Source: Amoeboaphelidium protococcarum X5 (Eukaryota > Fungi > Aphelidiomycota). From it: a stretch of 64,000 nt of DNA. This document shows, piece after piece, positions 27,136-41,378 of the stretch. The DNA lies in the NCBI GenBank assembly GCA_023515725.1, contig JALDTO010000235.1, forward strand, positions 1-64,000, written 5' to 3'. The translations under genes were made by a program, and so were the position numbers. The notes beneath the pieces were generated by a model. It saw only the letters and a list, made by a program, of their open reading frames with translations. It did no database searches and was not told the DNA's origin. The number at the start of each line of letters is the position of its first letter. Position 1 is the stretch's first letter.

Positions 27136-28212
27136 ATGATGAAAATGGGTGTTTTCTAATTGATGCTGCTAATGCTATGCGTGATTAATAGCATCTAATC
27201 TTCCTTTTAGATTCAAGAGACATGTGCAGTGTCCAAGAACAATTTGAAAAGGACTGCTGATGGTAGTGAAAGGCCAAATTAAGATAATCGTCTGACCTTT
27301 CAACTATACGTTGGCGATATTTCTGTACAAGTAGTGGGGATTTTCGATGGTCATGGCGATCGTGGCCACGTTATTACTGAGCTGATTAAACGCGATCTTC
27401 AGACCTGGATGAAGAAACTCTCGGATATTCCTGAAATGTCCGCTGCCATTCAAAGTGGCGACGTGGACAAAATCAAGCGCGTCATTAGTAAGATTGTTCT
27501 CGCACTAGATCATATTTTATGCTCTAAAATAAATTACTGGTCACTTGCATACAAAAATGGATCCACCATGACTTTGGCCGTATTGATCGGGGATGATATT
27601 TTCTTTGCTCATCTCGGAGACTCTCTCTACGTGTTTGGTGAAAATTATGAGCATGGAGTGAATATTTTGAGTACAAATTTTGAATCCCTGCACTAGCCTA
27701 ACACGATGCCAGATGAATAAGAGAGAATTACGTCTAAAGGCGGGTATATTCAATAAGGATATATCGGATTTCCTGGAGAGAGATCTTTGCTAGCGATGAC
27801 TCGAGCTCTCGGTGACTGTGGGCTGAAAACTAATAAAGATATTGGCCATTATGTGCAAATAAAACAAGCGTTATATGATCATAAGGCGCGACTGGGGTAA
27901 GATCAGACTTCGCAGAATCGCGATCACGATCACGAGCTTGTCTCTCAAGGTTATGATAGCCATGGTGTTGCCTCTGCAAAGCCCCATATAGAACATGTAA
28001 AACTGGAATCTAAAAAAAGATACGCGCTTTTTATGTCTACTGACGGCTTGTACGCTGACGCAGAATTGAAAGATGTCATAATTGGCATGGAAAAGGAAGA
28101 AGCCAGACGCGATTCCTGCAACAAGCTGATTTAGAATTTCAGGCGTCGATCAACTGACGACACCACGGTTCTACTATTTGATATTTAGAGATCTGAAGGT
28201 TATTGGACATGA
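27136..28212 (+). CDS. PP2C/PPM-family phosphatase with predicted signal peptide, paralog A
   Basis: N-term MMKMGVFQLMLLMLCVINS; N(Q)D, IFDGHG, HLGDS, LAMTRALGD, STDGL, DDTTV. Confidence 0.88.
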
Positions 28213-28554
28213 AGATGGATTTGGATGAGTGAATGGATGATGCTTTGAATAAGAATATATAAGTTTTGTTTTTAAGCAGAGACTGTTCCGGGCTTCTAAT
28301 CACCCTGAAAATACGCGTTAGATTCTTAAATAATTGCAATAGAGGAGAGCTTTATGATATTAAGCTCACACATATCTATTATATATGACAAGTGAGTTGT
28401 ACTAGTGGTGAATTATTGATTATATTTACAGTTCCAATCTATCGGCTGAAACACTGTATTCACCTTGTCAGGGGTCAATTTAAGATCGAAATTTATAGAG
28501 ATTGAAGATCAAGCCTTTATTTTCCCGCCCTCATCAAAATCTATATTGTTGGAT

Positions 28555-29556
28555 ATGCTCTTCTTGAAATCTATATCTTTGGTCTCTCTCGCACTCTTTC
28601 ATGTTATACAGGCAGCTTTCTACCCGTAGCAGTTGTGTCTTGAAAGTGTGGAGAACAGACGTGGAATGCTTGGCTTCTTCCCCAAATATCGTAATCAAGA
28701 CACTGGTATGTACGATGATACCATTATAAATGGAAATCGCCTCACAATTGCTGCTATATTTGATGGACATGGTGATAGAGGTGATCTGATTAGCTTACAG
28801 GTGAAAAATATTCTATATCGTGAAATCAAAGGATTTCTCATGCGTGAGGATGCTGCCGCCGCTGTTCAGTCTGACGATGTTGAGTATCTTCATGAGGCCA
28901 TCAGTGATGCTGTGCTAGCTACTGATCGTGAGCTTTGTGTTCCTCGCGATGATGACGATTATTTGGATAAAGAGTCTACAGAAAGTGGTACCACTGGTGC
29001 ATTCGTAGTGGTGATTAATGAGCATATGTTCATGGGCCACATTGGTGACACGCTGTACGTGGTGCGAGAAGAAGACCCAATAACAGATACAATTAAAGTC
29101 TTTTCCAACTAGATAGAGTTTCACACTGTTGAGATTGAAGAAGAAAAGTTTAGAGTTGCGGGTAAAGGTGGCAGCATAGTGACGAATGGCTACGTCCGTG
29201 TGCCTGGCAAAGACAAAGTACTTGGAATGTCGAGAACATTGGGCGACTGTGAGTTCAAGATTGATAGGAGAAATCCAAAGATCTATGACAGCAATGGAAT
29301 CATCTCTGCCCAGCCATCGTTGAAGTACCATCGTCTGAAGCGCGGCTCCGATTACTACATACTGCTCGCGTCTGACGGATTGTTTGAGACGAGTGATGTG
29401 CGATATGTAGCTCGCCGTATGTCTTATTGTTCGGTTGATGTCAATACTTGTGACGACCTGATTGCTGAATGGAAGCGAAATTCTAGGGATGACACGACGG
29501 TACAAATTGTCAGTCTGAACGAACGTCTTTTACCAGAGGACTTTATCACAGTTTGA
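28555..29556 (+). CDS. PP2C/PPM-family phosphatase with predicted signal peptide, paralog B
   Basis: N-term MLFLKSISLVSLALFHVIQA; NQD, IFDGHG, HIGDT, LGMSRTLGD, ASDGLF, DDTTV. Confidence 0.88.
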
Positions 29557-29783
29557 ATAGTGTTAGTATATACATAGATAATGCAGTAGATGTTCCATCT
29601 TGATACGCGTGTAATTCTCGCTTCGGTTACGCTCTTCTTCTTTTCTTTCAAATTTTCATCATTGAAGCTTTGCTCTTTTTGTTGCGGTAAAAAATTTACT
29701 ATTCTCGTAAACGCCGCTCGGTTTTCTTCAACATCAATCGATTTTACTGAATTTAAGTCTGCCAGTAAACCCCCGCGAATATA

Positions 29784-32669
29784 ATGAGACCACCACATGG
29801 AGGATAATCTTTCAAGCCAGAGATGGTATTGAAGCGTGCTGAGGAGCTAGAGAACGCTGGCTAGGAATAGAATGCTTTGACTCAGTTGCACGAATGGGTT
29901 GTCAACAGAAGATACAAAACGTTTAATGAACATTATGAGGCACTGATGACAAAGTTGATCACTCTCAGTGTTCGTCAGGGTAAATAGAGAATGGCCAAGG
30001 ATGCGCTGTAGTATTACAGGAACAGTACGATGAATGTGAGCCTGCCTGCTCTCGAGAAGATGGTTGATCACTGGTTGATGGAGAGCGGATTGAATGTTCA
30101 GAACGCGTTGTCCAAAGCTGGAGTGGCGGCAGATGTATCTGGTACGGAAGCTGGTGATGGTAAAGCTGTATCTATTTCACTGCTGGACCTCGATGATGAT
30201 CTGACACCTCAGGCTGTCATGGAGGCAGCGTTGAGTTAGAATGATGAGCTGTAGACCAGACTGACTCGCCGTGAGCTTCTTCTACCGGCGTTTAGATTTC
30301 ACTGGGAGTCATTCAGATCTATTCTGGATTTGCTGAAGATGAACGCCAAAGTAGAGCTGATCTATCATAAAGTCGCACTGCAAGCCTTTGACTTTTGTGT
30401 AAAGTATTAGAGAAAGACGGAGCTGCGTAGAATTGCCGACCTGTTGAGAAATCACGTCCAGAGCTTGCACAAGATCCAAAGCAGTTCTAATGCTCAGACT
30501 TACAATATTGATCTGATGGATGATGGTAGTTTCAAGAATCATATTGAGGTCAGAGTCAAGTTGTTGTAGGCAGCGAAGCAATTGAATTTGTTTTAGGAGA
30601 TGAATAAGAGTATTGAAGATGTTCAGTTCCTGTTAAGTGTCGCGTAGTACGATCAATTGCTACCAGTGAATGGCATTAAATTAGAATGGATTGCGATCTA
30701 CTATGAAGCACTGGCTGATATCCTGTTGCAGGGTGAGCATTTCCTGCATCATTCAGTGGCTCTGCTGAGAATGTTCATCGCTATGAAGGAGTCAAAGCCC
30801 AATGATGCTGGTAAATTGAAGTAATTGGCCGATAGAATTCTGATTAGTGCCCTGGCATGTAGTGATATATCCAAGCTTTCAGTGGAGTAATTATCTGACG
30901 AGGATCGCGATCGTGAGTAAAAGTTATCGTTCATGGTCGGGTTCGAGTCTGTGATTGTGACGCGTCAATGGTTGGTATCGTAGATCAAGTCTTTGGATCT
31001 GTGCAGTGCTGCAAGTGACGGATGTTCAAAGTTTTATCGTGCTGCCGAGTCTGCTACTGACGCAAAGTCTAAATTGTCCGAGTTATAGTAAAGTAGTAAG
31101 GTGATTGTGGAGAGTAAGTTGACTGTTTATCTGAGTCCAGTGTATTAGTCTTTTGTGTTCTGCTATTGCATCGAGCTGGGGGAGAAGTCTGAGGCTATTG
31201 CATTAGATTAGTTGCTTGCAACTGCAAAAGTTGTCGGTGATTAGTCTTACACATCCATTTAACTGCAGTAGGCTTTAACCAAGGGCGTTAAATTGGGCAA
31301 GTTTAAGGGGCGTATCTGTCAAGCTTCTGCTTAGGTGAGATTCACTCCATCTTAATAGAAGAAGACTGTTGGTGTTAAAGTTACAGATTTACTGTCTCAG
31401 CTGCAAAGTCAGTTTAAGAGTGCTGCGGCTACTTCTAAGGATGGTGAATAGTCTGTCAGACGTGGAGGAGATGATAGAGTGAAGTTGGTGGAGAAGTAGC
31501 TTGAGAGCTGGAATCAGTTGGTTGAGCAGAGAACTCGTACACTGCAGCAAGAGAGAAAACTGAAAGCACAGTAAGAAGCTGATGCAGAGAAGATACGTCT
31601 GTTGAAGGAGTAGCGCGAGAAGGAGTTGGAGAATATCAAGAAACATCGCGAGCAGTTGGAGAAGGAGCGTGCCCAGAAGATTGCTGATGAGTTGAAGCAG
31701 AAGAATGTGAACATCGCCGCTGAAGATCTGGAGACTATGGATAAGAACAAGTTGCTGAAGATGTAGATTGAATAGATTGAGAGTGAGAAGAAGGCTAAGG
31801 AGCAGAAATTATCCGCTCTGTGCAAGAGAATAGATCATGTGGAACGTGCATGTCGCCAAGAAGAAGCTCCTCTAATTGCTGCTAGTTATGAGAAGTAAAA
31901 GTAGCTGGATGTCGAGTCTCATCGCAAAGCTCATGAACTGCTGTTAGAGGCTACTAAGCGCTAGTTTGACAAGAATTTTAAGTTGAAGTAATCTCTGGGC
32001 CGCTTGCAGTCAAGTTGTGATGAATTCAAAGAGGCCAAGTTGGCAGCGCTGCGTGAGAAGTCCAAGAAGAAGGTGGAAGAAGCCAAGAAAGCATACTAGG
32101 CAGAAAAGGAAGCCCTATTGGAGCATTTGAGAGTTGAAAAGTATGAACGTCTGCTGAAGGAGCAAAAAGATCGCAAGGAACGTGAGTTGCAAGAGTTTGA
32201 GGAGTAAAAGTAGCGTGAAGAACAGGAGAAGGTGCAAAAGGAGCGCATTGAGGCTTTGAAAAAGGAGAAGGAGGAGCGTGAGTAGTAGATGAAGGAGGCT
32301 CAGGAGATTGCCAGATTGAGAATGCAGAAAGAGCAAGAGGCCGAGAGAAGAATGAAGGAGCGTCTCTCATCAGCATCCAAGCCATCCTTTTCAACAGCTA
32401 TTCCGGCTACTACCGTCACATTGGCTGAGAGTGACGAAAGTTCATCTGACAAGTGGATTCCTTCGCAAAAGAAGAAGAGCTATCAGTCTTCAGGCAGCAA
32501 AGCATCTGATGTGGCAGTGGCTAATGGCGGTGGAGCTAGCTCTATGCAATCTAGTAGAAATGGATCTAGTTCCTCTCTAGATTAGAAGACCAGCTCTAAT
32601 GGAGCTGCTCCTAAAGACAAGTTTATTCCTCCTCACTTGAGAAAGAAGATGTAGTAGAATGGAAGTTGA
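29784..32669 (+). CDS. TIF32: Translation initiation factor eIF3 subunit A (divergent)
   Basis: KPEMVLKRAEEL, LRFHWESFRSILDLLKMN, RKTELRRIADLLRNH, KRIDHVERACRQEE, terminal KFIPPHLR. Confidence 0.88.
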
Positions 32670-32769
32670 ATCCAATGAGGTCTACAGATATTATATTCCA
32701 GGAAAGTTTAAGGGATTTGATATTGAAGATGAAGTGAGAAATAAGATCAACTTTATTACAACTGAATAT

Positions 32770-35085
32770 TCAATTTTGATTCTTTTTAGACTTAGCAGAA
32801 CTTCCACCACCACCTTTCTTTTTCGTAGCGCTATTACCAGCTTTCTATGACGAAGCCTGCCTCTACAATTGCTATTGAAGCTGCAATTATTACTAGGCTT
32901 GAAGTTGTAATTACTACTACGCCAACTATTGTTACTACTATTACTATTATTATAGCAATAACTGCTGAGCCTGCTACTAAACACCACCAAGAGGAATTGA
33001 CTACTGAGCCAGACTTTGCGGACTTCCACCCGCAGCAAGTTGAGCTTGTCGAAGCAACTACTACCGTAAAATAAACTGCTATACCTACGCCTGAGTCATT
33101 GTCATTTACATGTAAGGTACTGTTGATTTTGGCGCGCTTGCTGGAGATTCTTTCTTCTACTGCTGTTGCTACTGTTGCTGCTACTAAGGAGACTGGGATT
33201 ACTACTGTTACTACTATTATAGCTACATAATCTACTGAGACTGCGACTATTACTATTACAGCTACTGTTGCTGCTGTTACAACTATTATTAATGCAGTAA
33301 CTACTACTGCAGATTGTTGTTGTAAGCAGCCAAAAGATTACTCTGGTTTGGTCGAAGTGCAGCATTAATTTAATTAGGCACACTGACCGGAACTCCAGGA
33401 GCACCTCGAACAGGATTTTTGCCACCAGTAATACCACCACCCCCCGGTCCATCAACACCAGCGGCATTGGCTTACGCAACACCCAGATTACCATTGCTTG
33501 CATTCATCAGACTGTGCAGGAAACCTGGATTACTTGCAAGCAGTGTCGCATTAGCAGCCTTACTCTGATCCAACTTCATCTGCGACATTCTTCGTTCGTT
33601 GTGATCAAGCACAGATTGTACAACACTCAAATCAACACCAGCCCGAGATGCTATTGCTTAATGAGAGATGTGAGCATTATTCAAAATCTTCTAAATCGAC
33701 TCTTTAGTAGCTTTAGTCTTTGCAGGCCCAGTTATACCGACACTCACCGACTTGCTAGTTTTATCACTATCTCCTTTCTAGTCCGTTTATGATGATGATG
33801 ATGATGATGACTATTACTACATCTATTGGCTCTATTCAAGCTATTGTTATTACAACTATAACTTGCTTTAATCTCGCTTCTTGGCCACGACACTGAGAGA
33901 ATTTAAAAAGTTTTAATGACTTGCGCCTTGGAGTTTTAAGTAGTCCATCTTTATAACAATATTACTGTTGCCATTACTGCCAGTATTCCAATCATCACCT
34001 TGCCCATCCTTCTATATTCCCATAATCAAGTCAAGATCAAAATCTCTCCTTTTATAATCTTCTTGTGACTTTAAAGCAATAAATCTATTATGCAAGTCCC
34101 ACGCAGACTTACTCTATCTCCCCATAGATGCCGTATTACTAATATTACTGACACTATTAAAATTATTACTCTGCGTAAATTCAGACTAAACTACACTCGC
34201 AATAATGTCCCAATTGTAAGACAGATAGGGACTGAATGTGAGTATCTCATCTTCATCAAGAGTCCACTGCAGTTGAGCCATTCTTCCAGCCACATTCCTG
34301 GGCTAAAGTGGAATCCTAATTTCCTCCGAGACACCTCTAGTATTAGATTAATATGGGTATTCAAGAACCTATGTAGAACTATTCATCTACCGTGCACCCA
34401 TACTCAGCTTTGGTATATAACTGTACGGAACGACACTCAGGGGATCAATATAACGATTACTACCATCACTGGGACAATACACATTTTCCACTGACGAAAA
34501 GTCTCTCTAGCAATGAAATAGAGAGTAACTACTAAGCATAGCATGATCTTTCTATTCACACAGCTTATTACTAAATTATCCACTATTGACCACTTCCGCG
34601 CATTGTAGAGCCAAATACAGAGCAACAGATTACTTCCATCGACGTTCCTGGCGATAATCCATAGACAACCACAGAGCTTCGTCAAGCATATAATCCCATC
34701 TGGATTTCCTACGCTATGGTGGAATGAATCTCTTTGGCTATTTCAGTACTCGCATTTAATGCCCCAACAATCTATTATACAGAGCATCAGAGTGAACTAC
34801 CTGATAATCCTTGGTGGAAATGACTTTATTCGAACTCAATTGCAAAGGCTAATGAATAATCTTCAAATTCAATTCAGCCAGCTGCAAATCATGTACATTA
34901 ACTGGCTGAGCATCCTACAACTAACCGGAACTCGACACTTATAAAGGATGTGCTGACAGTTTAATTCGTTTAAATCGAAAGTTCTTAAGCTCTTCAAACT
35001 CCAATTACAACTTTGACTTTTACCTACTTAACTAGTCCAACTATGTCTAAACATCAGCAACATCAACAGTCGACCCAGATTCCAT
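32770..35085 (-). CDS. EAF1: NuA4 scaffold Eaf1/Vid21-like protein (HSA + SANT/Myb, Gln-rich tail)
   Basis: KSRWDYMLDEALWLSMDYRQERRWK (HSA); WTLDEDEIL...NWDII...RRSAWD (SANT); poly-Gln encoded largely by TAG/TAA. Confidence 0.8.
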
Positions 35086-35373
35086 ACTCGCCCGTATATA
35101 TGAACTAGAGTGTGTATATATGTAATGGCGGACGATATCTTAATACTCAAGAGGAAGATGGTTAAAGTAATAGAGAAACTCTAGCAACTTGTCGCAATAA
35201 AACGCGCGCGCGTTCGATGTGAAGGAAGAAGAAAGGGAAAAACGGGGGAAAGATTAGGCGGGCGATGGATGATGATGATCGAGATGGACAAGAGAGAAAC
35301 GTTCAGCAAGAATCAACGTGTATACAGACAGACAGCTCAGAGAGACTTTAATTATTGGCAACTTTTATCACTA

Positions 35374-35865
35374 TCATTATTGCTACTACATTTGAGATGA
35401 ATTTAATTTTGCAGAGTAGGTGGCATCTACGATTTTCTTTACATTCATTTTGCTATCGACAATTTTTTCGAGTTCTTCAAGCTGTGACTTGACGTATGCA
35501 ACTCGCCTGTTAAAGTACGATGTTGCACTACTACCGCCGTTCTCCTTCTAATCATCGCCCTTATCTTCAACAACCGCCATCTCTGCAAAGTAGCCCGTAC
35601 CAATGTCCACCATAACTTTATTGGTGTTGCACTTTTTAGCTGGAATGTACAGAGAACTGGTTAGTGGGATCATTACATCTTGACCACTGCGAGAGTAAGA
35701 TTAGATCGCGTCGAGACTATCTTGGTATCTAGCCGCAGCGATTTGCAACTTTTAATACGCCTAGTTCAAGCCTTGCAGCTCAGCATCTACCGACTATTTC
35801 ACCTCTTGCAATTACTAAAAATTTAATTAATCAATTCTAACTGATTACTACTTTTACGCCGACAT
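35374..35865 (-). CDS. PFDN5: Prefoldin subunit 5 (alpha type)
   Basis: VMIPLTSSLYIP, KVMVDIGTGYFAE, YFNRRV; absent from the ORF track because of TAR codons. Confidence 0.9.
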
Positions 35866-36133
35866 TTTAGTAGTTTCGCCTTTTAAGAAGTTTTAACTTC
35901 AAAGAGCGACGCGGCGATGCGTTAAACTTCAATTTAACGACAGTCCATCAGTTAAGATTGATAAGACGCCGTAAAGAGCATGAAGCTAATTGAAAAGTGG
36001 TTTAAACCAAAACTGATTTTATTATTAATCTCGTCACATTTTAAACCTTGTTTTATATCATTTCAACCTAAATACCTAATTACCATTCAATTCAATCCGA
36101 TCAAATACCTAATTACCATTCAATTCAATTCGA

Positions 36134-38677
36134 TCAAACCATCAAGTTCTCATTCTAAACCTCATTGACATCAGTTCTATCCTTGAACAGTGGATTGTCG
36201 TGAGCGGAGAACTGAGCAGCGTACAATGGATTCGTAGCAGCGGAGGTAGCATCAGCTCCAAAGATGTAGTTGATGTCACGAGCAACTGCACGACTACGAC
36301 GCAGCATGAACAGACCGAAAGCACTAGCAACAGCAGCAGTAGGAGCCAATACAGCCATCATGGAGATGTTGGATGGGTTGCTGGTAGAAGCCGGAGTACC
36401 GTTAGAGCCCTATGGAGCATCGGTAGCAACAACCTTAATAACAGCTGGAGTAGCTGGAGCAACTTCAAAGTTCACTGGAGGAGCAGCAACATTTTCGTCT
36501 GGAGGCATGATGAACACTGCACCAGCGCCACTCTCAGATCCGGACTCACCAACAGGGTTGTTCAACTCTTCCATCAAATCAGGGATGACAAAGTCCTTGA
36601 AGTCATTGGTTGGAGTTGCAGTTTCACTCTCAGTTGTAGTAGAAGTGCTAGTTTATTCAACTGCAGTTTCAGTCTCAGTAGCAGAAGTGGTGGTCTCTTC
36701 AGCGCTAGCACTGGAAGTAGTAGTAACGTCATCAGAGGCAGTAGAAGTGCTAGAAACTTCTTCAGTGGTAGAAGTGGTAGTTGGAGCTTCAGTGGTAGAA
36801 GTGGTAGTTGGAGCGCTAGTGCTAGATTCAGAGGTAGAAGTCTCTTCAGCGACGGTAGTAGAAGAAGAGGTGCTTGAAATCTCCTCAGTAGAGCTAGAGC
36901 TAGTAGAAGTAGTAGTCTCAACTGCAGCAGTAGAAGAGCTGGTGGTGACAGGATCAACAGTGCTTGAGCCAGAAGTGACTACAACTTCAGTGGTGGAGGT
37001 AGTCTCAGGGACAACAACCTCAGTAGTAGATGTAGTCTCAGGTGCAGCAGTGGAGGATGAGGTCGTGGTGGTGCTTGAGCTAGTTTCAGGAGCAATACTG
37101 ATACTAGTGGAAGTAGAAGTGCTTGAAGAGGTGGAGGTTGGCACCACAACTACACTTGAGGACGTGCTAGTGCTAGTGGAAGTTGGAACTACAGCTACAC
37201 TTGAGGATGAGCTAGTAGAGGTGCTAGTGGAGGTAGGAGTAGAGGAGGTAGAAGTGCTAGTACTAGTAGAGGTTGAAGTAGTAGTCGTGCTAGTTCTAGA
37301 ACTAGTGGATGTGGATGTCGAAGTAGAAGTGCTGGTACTACTGCTAGTTCTAGAACTAGTGGAGGTGGATGTGGAAGTAGAAGTACTGGTACTACTGCTA
37401 GTTCTAGAACTTGTGGAGGTGGAGGTAGAAGTGGAGCGACTAGTTGTGGTGGTGTCAGGCACGAATACACACTTCTGCTGGACATAGCTAGTAGTAGTCA
37501 CAAACTGCTCAAAGAAAGCATCGATGATAGCCTTGTTCTTTGCATCAATGAAGGTGTTAATATCAAACACTCTCATGAAGTTACCACTCTTCAGCATACG
37601 AGCCTGCAGAGAGTTACCCAAACCCAGAGCATTCAAAGCAGTCAAAGTCTTCTGACCATCAAAGTTGGCAAAAGTTTGCTAGTTCTGGCTCTAGAAGTTA
37701 GGATGACCAAACTGGTAAGAGACAACGTTAATGTTATCAGCATTGCTCAGCTTCTTGGTCAAGAAGTAATTGCTAGTGGCAGAAGAGTAGCCGCTGATAG
37801 GGTACACCTGATTAGTGTCAGCAATGAACTGCTCAGTGCCAGCAATCATGCTGACCAGACTGTTGACGATAACACCATTATCAGCCAACATCTTTGCAGT
37901 CTCAACGATCTCATTCTCGAAACCATCAGTCAGGGTCAGAGCATTGCCCTTACGATAGTAATTCTGCAGACCAGACAAACTGTAGTAACCAGCTTTAGTC
38001 TTACGATTACCAGAGTGATAGTAGATGTAGTCAGTTCTTTCGACAGGACCAAAGCCAGGCTCAAACTGAGCGAAAATGTTGTACAACCTGGTTAAGTAAC
38101 ATTTTTTAGCACCAGAGTCGTACAGCTAAACACAGAAAGCATCATCAACACCCTGATTCTTTGCATAGTAAGACGACACGGTAGGTAGGTCAGAGTCCTC
38201 ATCGGTAGCATGTAAAAAGACCTTAGTTGCACCTGTGCGCCAGTCCAGTATACAGTCGGCAGCATCAACCTTCTTGTCACAAGCCTTGTTCATGTCTCTA
38301 CCCTTGTTGGTCAGAGCCATACGCATAGCCTCAAAGGAAGCCTCCTAACCACCAGAAGTACAGTCAATAGCCTCCAGAGTAGAAACCAGCTGACCATGGT
38401 TTACGGTGAGAGGCAAACGAATCTCAGGTTTACCACCAAAGACAACCAAAGAGTATTGAGCATCAATCTTACTGGATTGAATCTTGTTAGCAAATTTCTT
38501 CATACCGTGTATGACACCCTTAATCTTGTCACACATGGATCCAGACGCGTCGACGAGGAAGAGGAAGTCAGCCTTCTGCATCTCTACAGTCTCAGTGACA
38601 GTCTCATCCTTGCACACGTAACCAGCACTAATAGTCTGAGCAATTAATAAAGCGGCTAAGCTCGTTAGCAATTTCAT
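36134..38677 (-). CDS. Integrin-beta/Sib-like type I surface protein, paralog A (signal peptide, vWA, Thr/Ser stalk, TM, NPLY/NPLF tail)
   Basis: MKLLTSLAALLIAQTISA; FLVDASGSM (MIDAS); GG(Q)EASFEA; DWRTGATKVFLHATDED; TM ...AFGLFML-RR; TNPLY..DNPLF. 847 aa. Confidence 0.85.
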
Positions 38678-39801
38678 TATTAATGTTACGATTGTTATTA
38701 GTTGTTGGGAGGATTGTGATAGGCGGGAGGATGAGAAGGACTCTGAAGTGTTTGGCGAGTGGTTACGACATTGATTTCAGCCATATGCTACGTAATCTGG
38801 TGCTGATTGGATGCTTTTGGACACGAAGATTGGATGGTTATTTATTTGTATGTGTGGAAGGAATATTCTAGAAAGATTAGAGATTGAAGTTTAAGTGAAA
38901 GGCATGTACAAAAATAGCCTATTAGATGCCTTTCAAGTGCGTGATATTTGGACTTCTACCGTGGACTTCTGCCGAGGTTCATTGATCTTGGTCGCTTTAA
39001 CAATGCCGCAGTTACAGCTAAGGGTCCAACCAAACTGAATCAGTGTGTCCACCTATAAAACATTGTATCTTAAATTATCTTATCTTATCTTGTCCCAATT
39101 AACAAAAATCTTAAGATTTGAGAGATAAGCATTAGTTTAGATGACTACGCTTTGTGAGATTTTGTTACCGGTCATAGAAGATTAGCGCGTTGCTGTGATC
39201 GATTGTGACCGGGTGGGATAAGACTGGGCCAATAAGCAGATGTGATGTTGTTGAAAAGGGGGAAGCATGAAATCTCACCTCCACCTACAAAACTGTTTTA
39301 CAAAATACGCACTCAATGAAAGCAATGACCATTTAAGCTGAAAGTTGCGGAATCCTTTTTAGGATAATCGCGTTTCCTGGCGCCGATATATAGGGCGATC
39401 ATTAAGAGCTCTCGGGGTGAAAGTAACTAGAATTTTCTGATAAAGTAAAATGGCACGTATCTCTCTGTATCATCTCTTAAAGCCTGTGAGGCAATCTACT
39501 TTTACTCGACTGTTTTAAGTCATACACTTGACACTTATTTTGACACTTATTTTTAGCAGAAATATTGTGGCTGAAATCAAGCAAATTGACAGTCTTGACA
39601 GTCATCTAACTCTTATACGACGTGTTCATACCTTTGCCTTCGCACCATTAACAGCTATGCGATGCGTTCAAAATATCAAAAATAGAAATGGAAGTTTTAC
39701 ATCCATCATTCATTCATTCATTATTCATCTTTCATCCCTATTATTCTTCTTCATTTCATTATTCAACATTTATCCCAACTAAAGCTCAGGCCAGAGCTTA
39801 T

Positions 39802-41281
39802 TCAAACCATGATGTTCTCAGTTTGAATCTCACCATCATCGGTTCTGCTCTTGAACAGTGGATTGTCGTGAGCAGCGAACTGAGCAGCGTACAACGGATT
39901 CGTAGCAGCAGATGTGGAATCACCTCCAAAAATGTAGTTGATGTCACGAGCAACTGCACGACCACGACGCAGCATGAACAGACCGAAAGCAGCAGCAGCA
40001 GCAGCTGTTGGAGCCAAGATTCCAATAGTAGCGTTGGATGAGCTATTATTGGAGGATGTAGACTGATTAGCACCCTATGGAGCGTCAGTAGCGACAACCT
40101 TAACAACAGCAGGAGTTGCTGGAGCAACTTCAAAGTTAACTGGAGGAGCAACAACATCATCCGAAGCAGGCATGATAAAAACTGGCGCAGCACCTTATTC
40201 AGATCCAGACTCACTAATTGGAGGACTGTTCATCTTCTCAAACAGCTTAGGGATGACAAAGTCACGGATTACCTTTGGAGAAGGAGATGGAGTTTCTTCC
40301 TCTTCCTCAGTCTCAGATGGGAGCTCTTCTTCAGGCTCAGTTGGGACCTCGACCTCCTCTTCAGGTTCGGAAGGAGCTTCAGTTTCCTCAACAATTTCAG
40401 TCGTAGAGGTAGCAGTTTCCTCCTAAATTTCCTCGGTGGAGGTTGTAGTTTCCTCAGCAACGGGCTCAGAAGAGGTAGTAGTCTCTTCAACAACAGGCTC
40501 AGAGGTAGCAATCACTTCAGATGAGGTGGTAGCTTCTTCAACAACCTCAGATGTGGAACTAGTCTCCTCAACTGCCTCAGTAGTAGTTGTGGTGATGACT
40601 TCCTCGATGGTGCTTGATGACGTTGTAGGCTCAATCACGACCTCTGAGGTAGAGGAAGTTGCCTCAACAGAAGACTCAGTAGTGGACGTCTCAGCAGCAG
40701 GTGTAGAGGAGCTAGTAACGTCTTCAGTAGTAGTAGTGGTGGTGGTCTCAACAGGAGTAGAGCTTGTCACTGCTTCAGTAGTAGAGGTAGTACTTTCCGT
40801 GGTTGACTCTGAAGTAGACTCAACAGCGCTAGAGGAAGAGGTAGTGGTTGGCTCGACAATTACAACAGAGGAAGTAGAAGTTTCAACTACAGCAGAGGAT
40901 GAGCTAGTACTTGTAGGCTCCACAATAGTGGATGACGTGATAGAAGTAGTTGTTGGTTCCACAGTGGTTGAGGTGGTTGATGGCTCAACAGTAGCAATAG
41001 AGGTGCTAGTAGAGGAACTAGTGCTTGAGCTAGTGCTAGTGGAGGTGGAAGTTGGAGAGGCAGAGCTTGTGCTAGTAGTAAACGCAGCGGTGGAGGAGGA
41101 TGTGATAGCAGCAACAGAGCTACTGGTGGAGGTAGAGCTAGGAGTAGTTAAAGTCCTGGTGCTAACAGTAGTGGAAGTAGGACGTGAGGAGGTGGTAGTA
41201 CTACGAGCAGGTGTGGTGGTAGTAGTGGTAGTTCTACGAGTAGAAGTAGTAGTGGTGGTAGTGGGTGTGGTAGTAGTACTA

Positions 41282-41326
<45 letters not shown>

Positions 41327-41327
41327 C

Positions 41328-41378
<51 letters not shown>

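Noticed and set aside
36071-36129. 27-bp tandem duplication downstream of paralog A
   Set aside because: Two copies in a 3' UTR; ordinary slippage, not a CRISPR-like array.
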